Assembly: GCF_018977255.1 (NCBI RefSeq)
Contig: NW_024704743.1
Location: 3,722,001 to 3,786,000, forward strand
Source of the DNA: Callorhinchus milii
Lineage: Eukaryota
Reading direction: 5' to 3'
DNA: 64,000 nt
The notes below the pieces were generated by a model. That model did no database searches and was not told the origin of the DNA. It worked only from the letters and a program-made list of their open reading frames with translations. Position numbers and translations under genes: made by a program. This document shows positions 12,846-24,610 of this stretch, in pieces (position 1 is the stretch's first letter; every line of letters begins with the position of its first letter).

Positions 12846-14062
12846 CTAAACTGCGTGAGTTATTACAAAGCCACACTGAAAGGTTTTTCTGCTGAAAAGT
12901 GAAAGCATTAAATAATGCAGGTAGAGCAGGTAGAAAAATAAAAATCTTTCACTGGGAATGGTAAAAATGTCAGGATCTTCACAGAGTCTGAATACTTTGC
13001 TTTCAGCGTTGTGGTTTTCCACAGTTAATAACCTCTTGCTTTTCTTACCTATTGTTTAAGATGCATTATCATATTTTTGATGGATCACACAGGTTCTTGT
13101 TAAACTATTTCAAACCTACTGGCAAGGTCTTCCTCTGAATATCAATACACCTCGTCTAATATTTTTTTCATACGAAGTGAGGAACTCCACTGAAATCCTT
13201 TTTGAAAAACAAATCCACGTGAAAAAGTAATCGAGTTTGGGAGAGAGAGAAAAAAAATCTCTGCAAATGTATCAAACCGGGCCCATTAAAACATATCAAT
13301 AAAATCCTTGACAAAATAACATTACGGAAATTTATTTAACAAAATTTCTCAAAACACATTTCAGACGCACTGTTTCTATCCGTGTTACTGGCATACATTA
13401 CAGAGAAATTCAATGTATTATAAAATGTGCTAAGCATATTTTTCCAATTACATTTTGAACAAAGAGTACTTTTAAAGGAACTCATCAGTCACTGTAAGTG
13501 CCTTTCAGCGTGTTTTGTTTTATCCCTGCGACTCCCGATCACAGGAGCTGCCAAATAGCATCTTTATTCATGGATAGAGTTTCCAAGGAGATACCAAAAT
13601 AATGACTTTGAATCTGTGGCAAATACAGTGCTTAAAATCTCTCAGAAATACCTAATGCGAGTTGTTATACAGGAGACATTGGCAAGATATATGGAGACAA
13701 AGCTATCCATCCAACCCAGTATATTTTAACCCTTTCTGTGAACTTTAGGGACAAGTTTCCGTTGAAAGAGTAAATTAACAGCAGTGCAATTCAACAACAA
13801 CAACCACTACTTGTAGTTATAGAGGTCCCTTCTGAGTGCTGAACAATGGCTGAACCGGGGAGAAAGGAGAAGTGACCGCAAAACACAGATTATTTAAACA
13901 GTAAATTTAGGGGGTGATTGACTCGCTTTAACAAGTTCGATTTTGAATGAAAATGACTTGAAGCATATCCTTTTCTTGAACTAACTTTTGCAAGTGCTTT
14001 TGAATCGCACTGTATCCGTTATTGCGAACAGCACATTAATATAGAACCTGTAATAGGGATTA

Positions 14063-14365
14063 CAATAATAATAATAATCCTTGCATTTGATGTGGCGCTT
14101 TTCCGGTTTGGCGGTTGTCTCAAAGCTCTTCACAGGATTTGCAGTAAAGTGCGATGACTGTATTTTGTAGGCGAACACAAGGAATGAAGAATTTTATCTG
14201 GAGGATTGTTGGTCAGGACACTCGGAAAAACTCTCTCCTCTTTTCCAATCATGCCATGGAATTTTTAATGGCCGGCTGAACAGGCAGATGGGACCTCGGT
14301 ACTTCAATGGGACGACACTTCAAATAATCCAACATTTGCCCAGCACCGCACTGGAGTGTCAGCAT
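14063..14365 (-). mobile_element. DeuSINE-like SINE
   Basis: (AAT)n-ccttgcatttga tail and central domain in reverse. Confidence 0.75.
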
Positions 14366-16985
14366 AAGGTGCTACTCACAAGATAAACACCACTTTTTAA
14401 AATGGAGTGAAAAGCCTCTTGGAGTCTAAGCCTACGAATTGTCTCATTGATAAACAAGTCAATTGAAATCCCGAAGGGCATCACAAAGTGTGGTGTGACT
14501 GATCAATACAGTTCGCCCTCAACTGGTCCAGTCAATGGAAGAGATGTTGGTGGTTTATGAAGCTGGACTGATGGACAGGAGGTCGGAGGACAATCTGACA
14601 GGGTTTCTTCTGGCTTTCCCGGATCCAATGACCATCGTCGCTGTTTATTAGATTTGGGGAATCGAGAAAATCCCATTCCACTAAGCTGCATTGCTGAGCT
14701 GCTATCAGATATTTTTTGCCTCTTATCTCCTGCCCAGACTTATTTTTGTGTCACTCACACAATTTTGAGGATTTTTGAACCAGGGACTCCAGAGAAGAAA
14801 GACGTCTCCATCTCTCTCCAGTCCAGAGATGCAGTTTTTAAAACTCCCCTCCCTCATGCGTGGAGTTCATTTGTATTGTAATCCTAGCTCTTTAGTTTTG
14901 GCTGTTTTGACACTAATTTTAAAACGCGTGAGATTATTTGCCAACCGGACCGAATGTTTTATGTCATTAAATGATCTGCACTGTCTGCATCGGAAATGCG
15001 ATGTGACAGAGCCTTGAAAGGCAGTTCACAAGCCCTTTAATCGATCGTATTTACTTGGACATCGATTCATTTCTAATCACTCGTAAAATCCATATTTTGC
15101 AATTGATTAATTCTCCCGAACTCAATACCAATCCTCGCGTTTGATCTTGCAAATGTCATCGAGATCTCAAATCAAGAATATATTGTAAAGTGAATTGACT
15201 GTGCATTTTCCGGGCGAAACTCAAGCTGGTGACGTCCTTTACATTGCGTTCATAACCACTTAACTAATCAATCTCGGAATCTCATTAGCAGTCATGTACT
15301 TACAAAACTCAGTGCGTAAATGTCACAAAGGAGATGTTATTTGAACCCAAATCTGAATCTGCAAACTCAGATGGATAGATTTACTCTCTTCCACGGCCTC
15401 AGCGCAGGTGGGAAGTTATCCAGACCTCATTCGGGATTCTCACTTCAGGACAGAGTGGGCAGACTGCAAGCCAGAACTGCTTGGAAACGATTAGCGGTGT
15501 GTGTTAACAAACAGGCACTTGTGATAAATACTTGATATTTGTGACAAGCGAAGGCGTAAATAGTAACTCTTAACAGTATATTGTCGTCATCTCGATGGCA
15601 CGCTTTCCCAGAGGGAAATTCTTCCTCTGATGCCATCCACTTCCAGACATGTCAGAGCAGTGTTCCTATATGGTCAACGTGGCGGACAGTGGATACTGAT
15701 TGGTGTCATTATTTTCATAACATAATATAAGTAATAAATACACAGCACGAAAAATACACAGTCACTGACCTTTACAGTGGGACGCTACCCTGAGTGAGGA
15801 CGCTAAATAAATGCAAGTTGTCTATCTGATGTGAAAGGCGCTATACCAAATGTGAGGATTATTAATATGTAATCCTGTATTATGGAGGACAGGGGGGTGC
15901 ACTAGTTATTTGACTGCCCCATTGCAATGTGATGTGGTAAGAAGCAGAACCGCATGCTTGACCTGACCCGACCTGACTCAGGAATCCTGTGTTAGCGCTA
16001 AGAGATGAAATTGGAATATTACCTTTTCACGTACAGCTAAATTAGCAAGATAACATAGATTATCGCAGACCACCACCACATTCACCACCAGCATACACCT
16101 GATAAAATGTTCCCTTTTCGAACAATAGTGCAATTAAATGGTTATAGTTCCTTTTCAAAATGAAAAAAAAACTATTCCAATGGGATTTTCAATTTCCAGT
16201 CTATTCAGCGCATTTTGTTTCCTATATCTTAATATTAAAATGACTTTGACTCATTCAGACATTAACGTGCCATGTAGCTTTGCAGGTATTGAGCTGAAAT
16301 CTATTCTCATACCGCACTGTCTCAAAGCCTATAATGACCAAGTAAAAGACGTTTAATGGAGCATCACATATACTGACACTGCACTTTTTCAATATTTTCT
16401 CGAGTCAGTTATGTGCCTCATTGTTTAGCAGACTGATCAAACACTTTATGCCTGCTCGGTAGAACTCAGGTTGTGAATGTATTTCGCCCACACAATACAC
16501 AGTATATTCTGTGAAGCGCTTTGAGACGTCTCGAAGACGCGATAAGGCGCTATGTCAAATGCAATGATTATTGTTATTATTAATATTATAATTATTATTA
16601 TAAAAATAAGTCAAACTTGCCCTAAAACGAAGGGTTGGAAATTCTAACTTACGGAGCTTCTAATTATTTCAAAAAAAAGAATTGTCAGCTCTGGGATCCA
16701 TCAATAAGAGAGGAACAGATGGCTTTAGGCTTATTTTGAGAACTTTCCAAGTAGCAGGTACTATGGCGAGCCTGAATAAATGCTGTTTCACAATTTGTAA
16801 ACCAATTTCCTGTAAAGAGTTATCTGAAAGGCCATTTCTCAATTCAAAAACAGTGTTCTCCCTTCTCCCCCCACCTCCCCACTCGCCCCATACACCCAGA
16901 CTCACACACTCAGTGGCACGTCAAGATGATGGCTTCAAACTTTTTGGTCTACTTTGAAGTTCCAGTTATCCGGAAGTTGATTGGA

Positions 16986-17072
16986 TGTGTGTGTGTGTGT
17001 GTGTGTGTGTGTGAGCGGTGGGTGGGTGGGGTGGGGGGGGGCGCGGTTGGGGTGTGGGGTGGGGTGGGTGGA
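16986..17072 (+). repeat. (TG)n microsatellite followed by G-run tract
   Basis: About 14 TG units, then GGGT/GGGG runs. Confidence 0.85.
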
Positions 17073-18534
17073 AAGAGGGAGAGGGACATTGGTTGAATAT
17101 CAGCAAAAGTGAAGTGGGTTCTGGGCGATCTTTGAAATGGCTGCTTTCAGAAGTTGGTTTGAATAACGACTCGGAATATTCCTACCTCCCCCACCCCACC
17201 CGCTCCCTTCCTAGGACGTTCTGTGAAGCTACCCCGTGTGGAGGACGCTGCATAAATGCAAGTTGTTGTTGTTGGTGGTGGTGGTACCCATCCACCTAGA
17301 ATGTCTAGTGAATTATGAACTGGTGTGTCCTGCATCTGTCCCGTATACTAACATTATACGGTGTGAAAGACTGGGAGCAGCAGTCTCCGATGACTTCGAT
17401 TCCAAGTCATTACTCCCCGACAGCGCAAAGGCTTCTCAAAGGCCACAACTCAATGGGATGCAAAGAGTCTTCCCTGTGCTAAGTTGAGAGAAAACTTAGA
17501 GCTTGTGGTTAAAAGCCTCAGAATAGACGGAATTCGACTAGAAAACATACACCCCACCCATTAAGAAGGAAACCCAGCCTAGGAAAGCGACTCAGTACTG
17601 GGCTGCATGCTGCAACCCAGGCAACCCACTTGTGTATAAGTGGCTATTATGCAGGTGCGACTATTTTACGCACGCGGAATGCGGCCAGTACGCGAACCGC
17701 AGGCTTCGAGTTGGCCATCTCTGTTGTAAACTATCGCATGGATGTGTACGGTTAATTGTAGCCAGTATTTCTGTAATTTATTACCAATATCACGGCACAG
17801 TTTTGATATTGGTAGAATATCATTCGGGCTGCCATTTACCATGATGTGGGGGACGCTGCTGTGCGCAATTGGCTGCCGCGTTTCGCCCACACATATACAG
17901 TCAATTCACTTGAGAGTATATTCTAGTGAAGCACTTTGAGACGTCTCGAAGACATGAAAAGCGCTATATCAAATGCAAGGATTATTATTATTATTAATAT
18001 TGTTATTATTATTATTTTTACGCGCTGGGCAGGTTAAGACGGATTACTAGTCTCAGCTGAGTCTGTCCCGTGCTGTGTCAGAGACTGTAGTGAAGTTTTG
18101 CTAATAAACTGTGAAACAGAGACGCAGAATTCAATCCGGCAATAGTTTCATGAATGGTGGCGACTGCTTTCAGCATGGAGGAAACGTTGATCTCGGAAAC
18201 GCACAAAAAAATCCTGATAGGCTTAAGACTCAGCTCAGTTTTCAGTGATCAATTGCACAGCATCTCTCTGGACGTCAATTTTAATTTGCCTGCGGGAAAT
18301 AAAGGAACTTAATCTTAACAGACAGGTGAGAATTTTACAGGTTGCTGCACCATTAATGGTCGACCATTAATTGTAGGCCAGCAGTTTTACATGTTTGACA
18401 TTACAGAATGTTTGCAGTGTATGTTGCAGATTCAGTTAGATCCTGTTATGGTGTGGTGGGTTGGAATTGACTGTGTTCAAGTGCTGATAAAAGATACTTC
18501 ATGAATTTTGCGTCCAGTTCTTTGGTAGGTTATT

Positions 18535-18858
18535 ATAATAATAATGATAATAATAATTCTTGCATTTGATATAGCGCTTTTCATGTCTTCCAGACGTCTC
18601 AAAGCTCTTCACAGAATACACTGTAAGGTGAATTGACCGTATATTTGTGAGCAAAACACGACAGCCGATTGCGCACAGCAGCGCCCCCCACAAACAGTCG
18701 TGGATTGAGTGACCCATTTTATTGTTGTGTTTTTTTCTTGAGGGATTACTATCGGGCCTGTGAAGTAAGGAAACTTGCCCAAGGTTTCGGCCTGTCGGGA
18801 ATCAAACCCAGGTCTCTCGCTTGCGAGGCAAGTGCTCTATCCACTCAGCTACAGGGCT
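18535..18858 (-). mobile_element. tRNA-headed SINE (short form), full length
   Basis: Reverse strand GCCCTGTAGCTGAGTGGATAGAGCACTTGCCTCGCAAGCGAG head through (ATT)n tail. Confidence 0.85.
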
Positions 18859-19180
18859 ACAGGTTTTACCACAATGGCAATTGGTTTGGTCACAGCTGGT
18901 AGAATCCAGTCGTTACATGTTGTTTTGACCTATGCTTTTGCTGTATCTCTGACGCAGCAGGGGGACATTCAACTGAGACTAGCAAGAAAGGACATCTTAT
19001 CACGATTGCAGTCACCTCCCCAACTTTCCCAAACCAACCTCTTGCAAAGCACTCCTAGAGTCGTGGTACGCTGTTGTTGTTGTTATTGTTGTATTGTTCA
19101 TTAAAAAACAAATGTCTTCACTATAACTTTGGATAAAATTCGAAATGGCCGGCAGAGAAATGAAACTATTCTTGAAAGAC

Positions 19181-19551
19181 AATAATAATCCTCGCATTTG
19201 ATATAGCGCCATATCACGTCATCGAGACGTCTCAAAGCGCTTCACACAATATACTGTAAAGTGAACCGACTGGGAATGTTTTGCAGGCGAAACGTGAGGC
19301 CAATTTGTTGCACAGTAATGTCCCACAATGAGCCATGAAATGAATGACTGGGAGAAACTCCCTTCTCTTTTCAAGTAGTGCCGTGGGATCTTTAACGTCC
19401 ACCTGAAAGATGGGACCTCAGTTAACCTCCCCCACCACCTGTATCGGAGTGTTAGCCTAGACGATATGAGTTCCAAGTCCTGACGTGGGCCTTGAGCCCA
19501 CAAACTTCTGGCTGGGAGTCGAGAGCGCTACCAACTGAGCCAAGCTGACAC
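19181..19551 (-). mobile_element. DeuSINE-like SINE
   Basis: Reverse head GTGTCAGCTTGGCTCAGTTGGTAGCGCTCTCG, central domain and tail. Confidence 0.8.
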
Positions 19552-20987
19552 GCAAACCCAAGCACTCGCGCCTCGGAAAGTCAGAAATTCGGGGGCCTTT
19601 AAACTCACAGTTGACATTCTATGTCATTCGATCTAGTCTTACACACTTCTGAAGAGCTCTAATTATTCCTCGTAGTTATTCCCTCTAACATGACGGATTA
19701 TCCTCATTGGCTTCTGTGCTTCACGACGACTTCTGTACTGCCAGTAGAGCCAGGCAACCTGCTTATGTTGCAGAGACCACACTGCACACTGTTCTCCAGG
19801 TGTGGCTTGAACCTGACTTCGTGAGGGAGGGGGTGGGGGGGGGGGGGGGCTGGTGGCGGAGAGGGATCAAAGAACAGGTTAAGCTGGAGGCAAAGGGCTG
19901 CACTGTTCTCCTGCCGTGCCTTCTGAGTGTGAGGTTAGAATTTATAACCCGATGGGACTTGGGGGAGCTTTGGGCGCATCCGGTGAAACCAGTGATTTAA
20001 CCGCGGGCTTTTCAGCAGGTGGCATAGCACCGTACCTGATTGCCCAAGATATGCTGCTGATTACTGCACCCTGGAAGCTGGGCAGAGGCGGTAGGAAAGA
20101 TAACAGAGCTGATTGTCATTTCAGGCAGAATAGACAATAATAAGGAAAACGATCGTTTAATCTTAAATGAGTTTGAGTAATGCGGGCAGCTGTTTCTGTT
20201 GGCTCGATGCAATAAACTCAGCTTTCGATACTGAACTTGATTTGCACCTTATTGCAGGAGGTCGGGTCTTTCATTAGCCGTTCTGAGCTGATCTCCTGCT
20301 GGCTCAAGACGCCTTCGGAACGATCTGACAAGCCGTTAGTTCGGTGGCGTTAAAAATATTGTGTCCAGCTCTGGGCGCGCTCAGCTTTAGGGAAGCACGT
20401 CAAGGCCGTAGAGAGGATGCGGAGGGAACTTACTACAACCGCAACTTGCACTTATCTCGTCTTTCGCACGGGGTAGGGTGTGGGGTCCACCGAAAGTGCG
20501 GTCAAAGAGGGACGTCTCGAGGCGTACCTTGAAAGAGAGGAGGGAGTGGAACGAGTTGGAGAAACACAGGCTTTAAACATTAACCGCATTGTACCTGTTT
20601 TCGTCTTCATCCCTATAGGTGTAAGTAGTTCTGAATCCAGTCAGGGTTCATTCTGTAAGTTATTAACATCGCATACTTTAATCTTGCCAACAGGCCGGTC
20701 AACCTGACAGTGCCTTGATCAATGTGGAGCTACCAGGCTTTGTCAGATGTGTCTCCTCAGAGCTAGTTCACCCCAAGGAGACCCAACTGACCTCTATCAG
20801 CTAGGAGAACACCTTTAGACATGGTACTCACTTTCAATCAGTCTCAAGAGGATACATTTGCTGAGTGGATCCAGCAGGATTGCAATGCAGAATCTAATCG
20901 CTCAAATTCCCGTGCTCAACCAACTGAGTTATCGAGGTTATTATTTTGGATTTTCAGCATTTGAGCCTTTCTATTCGTATCTACGCT

Positions 20988-21570
20988 TTTTTTTCATCAG
21001 CCGTGTCTGACAAGTGTGGAAACCTATCACCATGCTTAAGCGTATCTAAACCAGCCTGAGAGTTCCACATGCGTATGCCACCTACACATGGAAGCTTTTA
21101 CCCGTGCATTGGAATGGAATCCGCGCTCTCTCTCTCTCTCTCTCTTCCTGGAGGGACACACCCTGCTTATCTAATTCCAGAGAGCATTCGGTGCCGGTTG
21201 GCGAGAGCCAAGGTTTGGGGCCCCCGGTGTGTGCGGTTGGGGGTAAATGCGGCTGAAGTCTAACCGGCTATAACCAGCTTGCCCCCTCCTGGCACATTTC
21301 TAGATTGACCCTGAAGATCATCAGCTTTTACTGTGCCTGTGGTCACATCCCCTCTCCCCTCTCTTGGCGTCGAGCTCTCTGCTAATTGTTAAGCATTCCA
21401 AAAACGCTATCCCATATGAAGGGCGCCATACGAATGCAAGTTGTCGTTTGCCATTGAGAGAACTGTGCGGCAAGCTTCCCGCTGCTTGTTAGGACGTTGG
21501 TTTAGGGTTAACAAGAGCAAAGCGGCAAGAATCCCTGGCCCAAGTGACTGGTGTGTCACCAGCAGTCCTC
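20988..21570 (-). mobile_element. SINE-like family C copy interrupted by an L2 tail (~21280-21450)
   Basis: 20988-21280 matches 29525-29780 and 21460-21570 matches 29810-29935; the intervening segment ends in an L2-type tail gaagggcgccatacgaatgcaagttgtcg. Confidence 0.65.
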
Positions 21571-22049
21571 TATAGCACTGCAGACCCATGTGGCTAAGGA
21601 GTGAGAGTACCAAGAACAACACAGACTTGATTCCAGCTCAGCTCCAAGGAGACCCTGGTTACTTGGTTCTGGGTAAGCGCAAATCAAATCATTGTATGAC
21701 AATTTAAGACAACATTATCTTGCTTGTGCATCACATTTGTGGTGTACGTAAAAAAATCCCCCCATGTTGACGGCTGGAGTTGTAAATCAGGAATGTCTTC
21801 TTAAGAGTTACGCAGAATGTTACGACGCAGAAACAGGCCATTCAGCCCAACAACTCTGCGCTGAGAGGTAGAGTCTCAGAGCCCTTACAATAATAATAGC
21901 ACCCAGATGCTACCCCAGTTGATGGGCTCTATACTAAACGAAAGTTGTTGTTGTTGCCGTCGTTACAAATAATAATCCTCACATTTGGTATCGTGCCTTT
22001 CGTTGTCGGAAGGACGTCCCAAGGCCTTTCCGATGCTTCTAATCTCCTA

Positions 22050-23000
22050 ATCTCTTGATCCGTACCTTGGTTAAAACGTGCGCCAAAACGAACACGAGCA
22101 CGCGCATGCCCGCACGCGCACACAAAATCACCCTCTCCTCTGCACTCACTCGAGAGCTTATTGCTGAGAGCTCATTTGGGTGGTGTCCGTCAGGAGTCAT
22201 GACTGGAGTTCGGTTTCCTGGCGGTTGCGGGCTGGACTTCATCCTGGTGCCGGGCGATTGATTGTTCGATGAATCCCTTCAGCAACCTTCCCCTTCTAAA
22301 CCACGACGCAATGGATTGCGAAAGCGGGTTATTGAACCGCCGTCTCGCGAGGCGACTGGTGAGCGGCAGGCCTTTTGCCTGCGCGGTGTCGACGTCTCCG
22401 CGAGAGAGCCGCACGTAGTAGCCGAGGTGTGAAGTGACAGCTGCCCCCACGGTGAGGTTTATTAGGCTATCTGGAGCGTGGTTATCAACCACGAATCAAG
22501 TGTCGCGCGAGTTAATCGTTTCCGAGCCGAAGGTGACAAAGACGGCCCATCGCTTGGGGTCGCGTTAATTAAAATTACGTGCAGCTTGCGACGCACTGCC
22601 TTGTTTTCAAAGTCGACGCTCGGTGACACGGACGGTTAGTCGGGTCAGAAATGCAGAGAGATATTAGCTGACGTCAGCCAAGGATCTGTTAGTACTAATC
22701 GTGCTGCGCATTTTGATACAGCGCCCTTCGTGGCAGCCAGACACCTCGAAAGCGACTCACCGGATTTTACTGTTCGCCCCTTTCCTGAAGCAAACCTGTC
22801 CCGTGAAACAAACGAAAAACAATAACAGTCGTTCAGTCACGCGACCGCCACGGTTGTTTCGTGGGGACGCCACCGTGCGCATTTGGCTGCCGCGTTTCGC
22901 CCACAGGGCCCACAGTTCGATTCACTTTACAGCATATCCCGCGAAGGGCTTCGCGAGAAGTCTCGAAGGCGCGATAAGGAGCGATATCGATTATTATCGT
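22050..23000. promoter_or_regulatory. CpG-rich island (candidate promoter/enhancer) with palindromic CRE
   Basis: Dense CpGs against a CpG-poor background; GCTGACGTCAGC at 22667-22678; NRF1-like cgcgcatgcccg at ~22101. Confidence 0.5.
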
Positions 23001-24014
23001 CAATGTTGTTATTTGCAACATTTCCCCGTGAAGCTCATTTCCCCTGACATTAAAAAAAAATACTGTGCAGAAAATGCCATCGTGATTATTATTATTATTG
23101 TTGTTATTATTATTGATGTGTAGAGAGCATCAGAAGCAAGCAGGACCCATCTGGATGCAAATTGCCTCCATACGCTGATTTGCTTACCTTCAAACTAGAT
23201 GCAAATTAGACCAGTTGTACCCAATTTGGTACTATGCAGATTCTAGTTGTGTGCAAACAATTCATCAACATACCCAGTGCGTGCATGATGACTGCGAGAA
23301 ACGACTGTGAGAAATGACTGCGAGAGATAATCATTTAGTGCCAAACAACACAGAGGACCACGTGCCGCTCCCATGTCTTTCCTTGGAATGGTGAATCCAT
23401 TTTTATTTAACTTAGGCAGCACTTGTTTAACGCCAGCAGGTAGGAAACACCTGAGTGGCTTTTTAGCAGCTTGTTAACAGCTCGTTGCTCTGTGTTGTTA
23501 TGAGGTAAAGATGGTGCCAGTGGCGGTACCCATCTCAGCAAGAGTTTAGCACATTGTTAATCAGCCACTTCATTAACGCTGACGCGCTTAAATCCAGATG
23601 ATGATTGCGGTGAATTAGATCTGCCGAGATCAAGCCGTTTGTAAGGAAATCAGCCTGAGTGAGCTACGGATGCTTCTGTGTATATAAGGCAAGTACAAAT
23701 AGATAATAACACAAACGCTTGTGTGTTTCTCTCCCAATGTCCCGGCCAACATAATCCCTCCACATCAAATTTGCCAGTTACTTCTTGGCCGTTTGTGGGA
23801 CATTGCTGTGGGCAAATCGGCTGCCACAGTCGCCTGCAAAGCACACGGTCATTACACTTCCGCAGTAAATCTTGTGAAGTGCTTTGAGGCGTACTCCTGA
23901 CGCGAAAGGCGCTCTATCAAATGCAAGGATTTTTTTTTTTGGTGGGGTGGGGATATAATGCAGGTACGCACAGCGGATTGTTCAACGTCTGGCAGAGAAG
24001 CGAGGTTGCTTTTA

Positions 24015-24277
24015 ATAACAATAGTAATCCTTGCGTTTGATACAGCGCCTTATCACGTCTTCGAGACGTCTCAGGGCGCTGCACAGAATGCACTGTAAAG
24101 TGTGGCGACTGTGTTTTTTGCGGGCGAGGCACGACAGCCAATTGCGCACAGCAGTCATGGATTGAGTGACCAAATTGTTATTATTTCTTTATTTTTTTTT
24201 GAAGGCATTATTAAGCCCAGAAAAGCGAGCTGACAATTGACTAACGCCGGGTTCCTACTCACTGCTAGGTAAACAGG
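24015..24277 (-). mobile_element. tRNA-headed SINE long form, 5'-truncated
   Basis: Tail plus the long-form segment aaagcgagctgacaattgactaacgccgggttcctactcactgctaggtaaacagg. Confidence 0.75.
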
Positions 24278-24332
24278 TCACAGGTAAAGGTGAAGGAACG
24301 AACATGAATTATTAACCTATATAATTGGGTTC

Positions 24333-24435
24333 TGTTCTGTGTGAAAGGTTACACGCAAAGCGTTAACCTGACTTTCTCTTTCAGACGCTGATCAATCTGC
24401 GAAGCGTTCCCAGCTTACTCTGGTTTCGTTGCAAG
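24333..24435 (+). mobile_element. Penelope-like terminal fragment, heavily decayed
   Basis: gttctg..gaaaggtt...gcgttaac...ttctctttcagacgctg...ctgcgaagcgttcccagc resembles the reverse complement of 61753-61885. Confidence 0.4.
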
Positions 24436-24484
24436 TATTTGACTTGGCGTGTTGGGGTTGTACAATGGCGGACTTATTGTAATA

Positions 24485-24610
24485 CAACAACAACAACTTG
24501 CATTTATATAGCGCCCTCCACGCAGGTTAGCGTCTCAGAGCGCTTACCATATTAACAGCTCTGAGATGCTACCCGAGGCGAAGAGCTCTATATAAATGCA
24601 AGTTGTTGTC
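24485..24610. repeat. Fold-back of two inverted L2 3' tails
   Basis: Perfect 22-bp outer arms (24490-24511 / 24588-24609) and 14-bp inner arms with one G-T pair (24528-24541 / 24558-24571). Confidence 0.85.

Noticed and set aside
14503..14860. Minus-strand ORFs and donor-like GTGAGT as exons
   Set aside because: No polypyrimidine acceptor, stops in adjoining frames, no recognisable protein.
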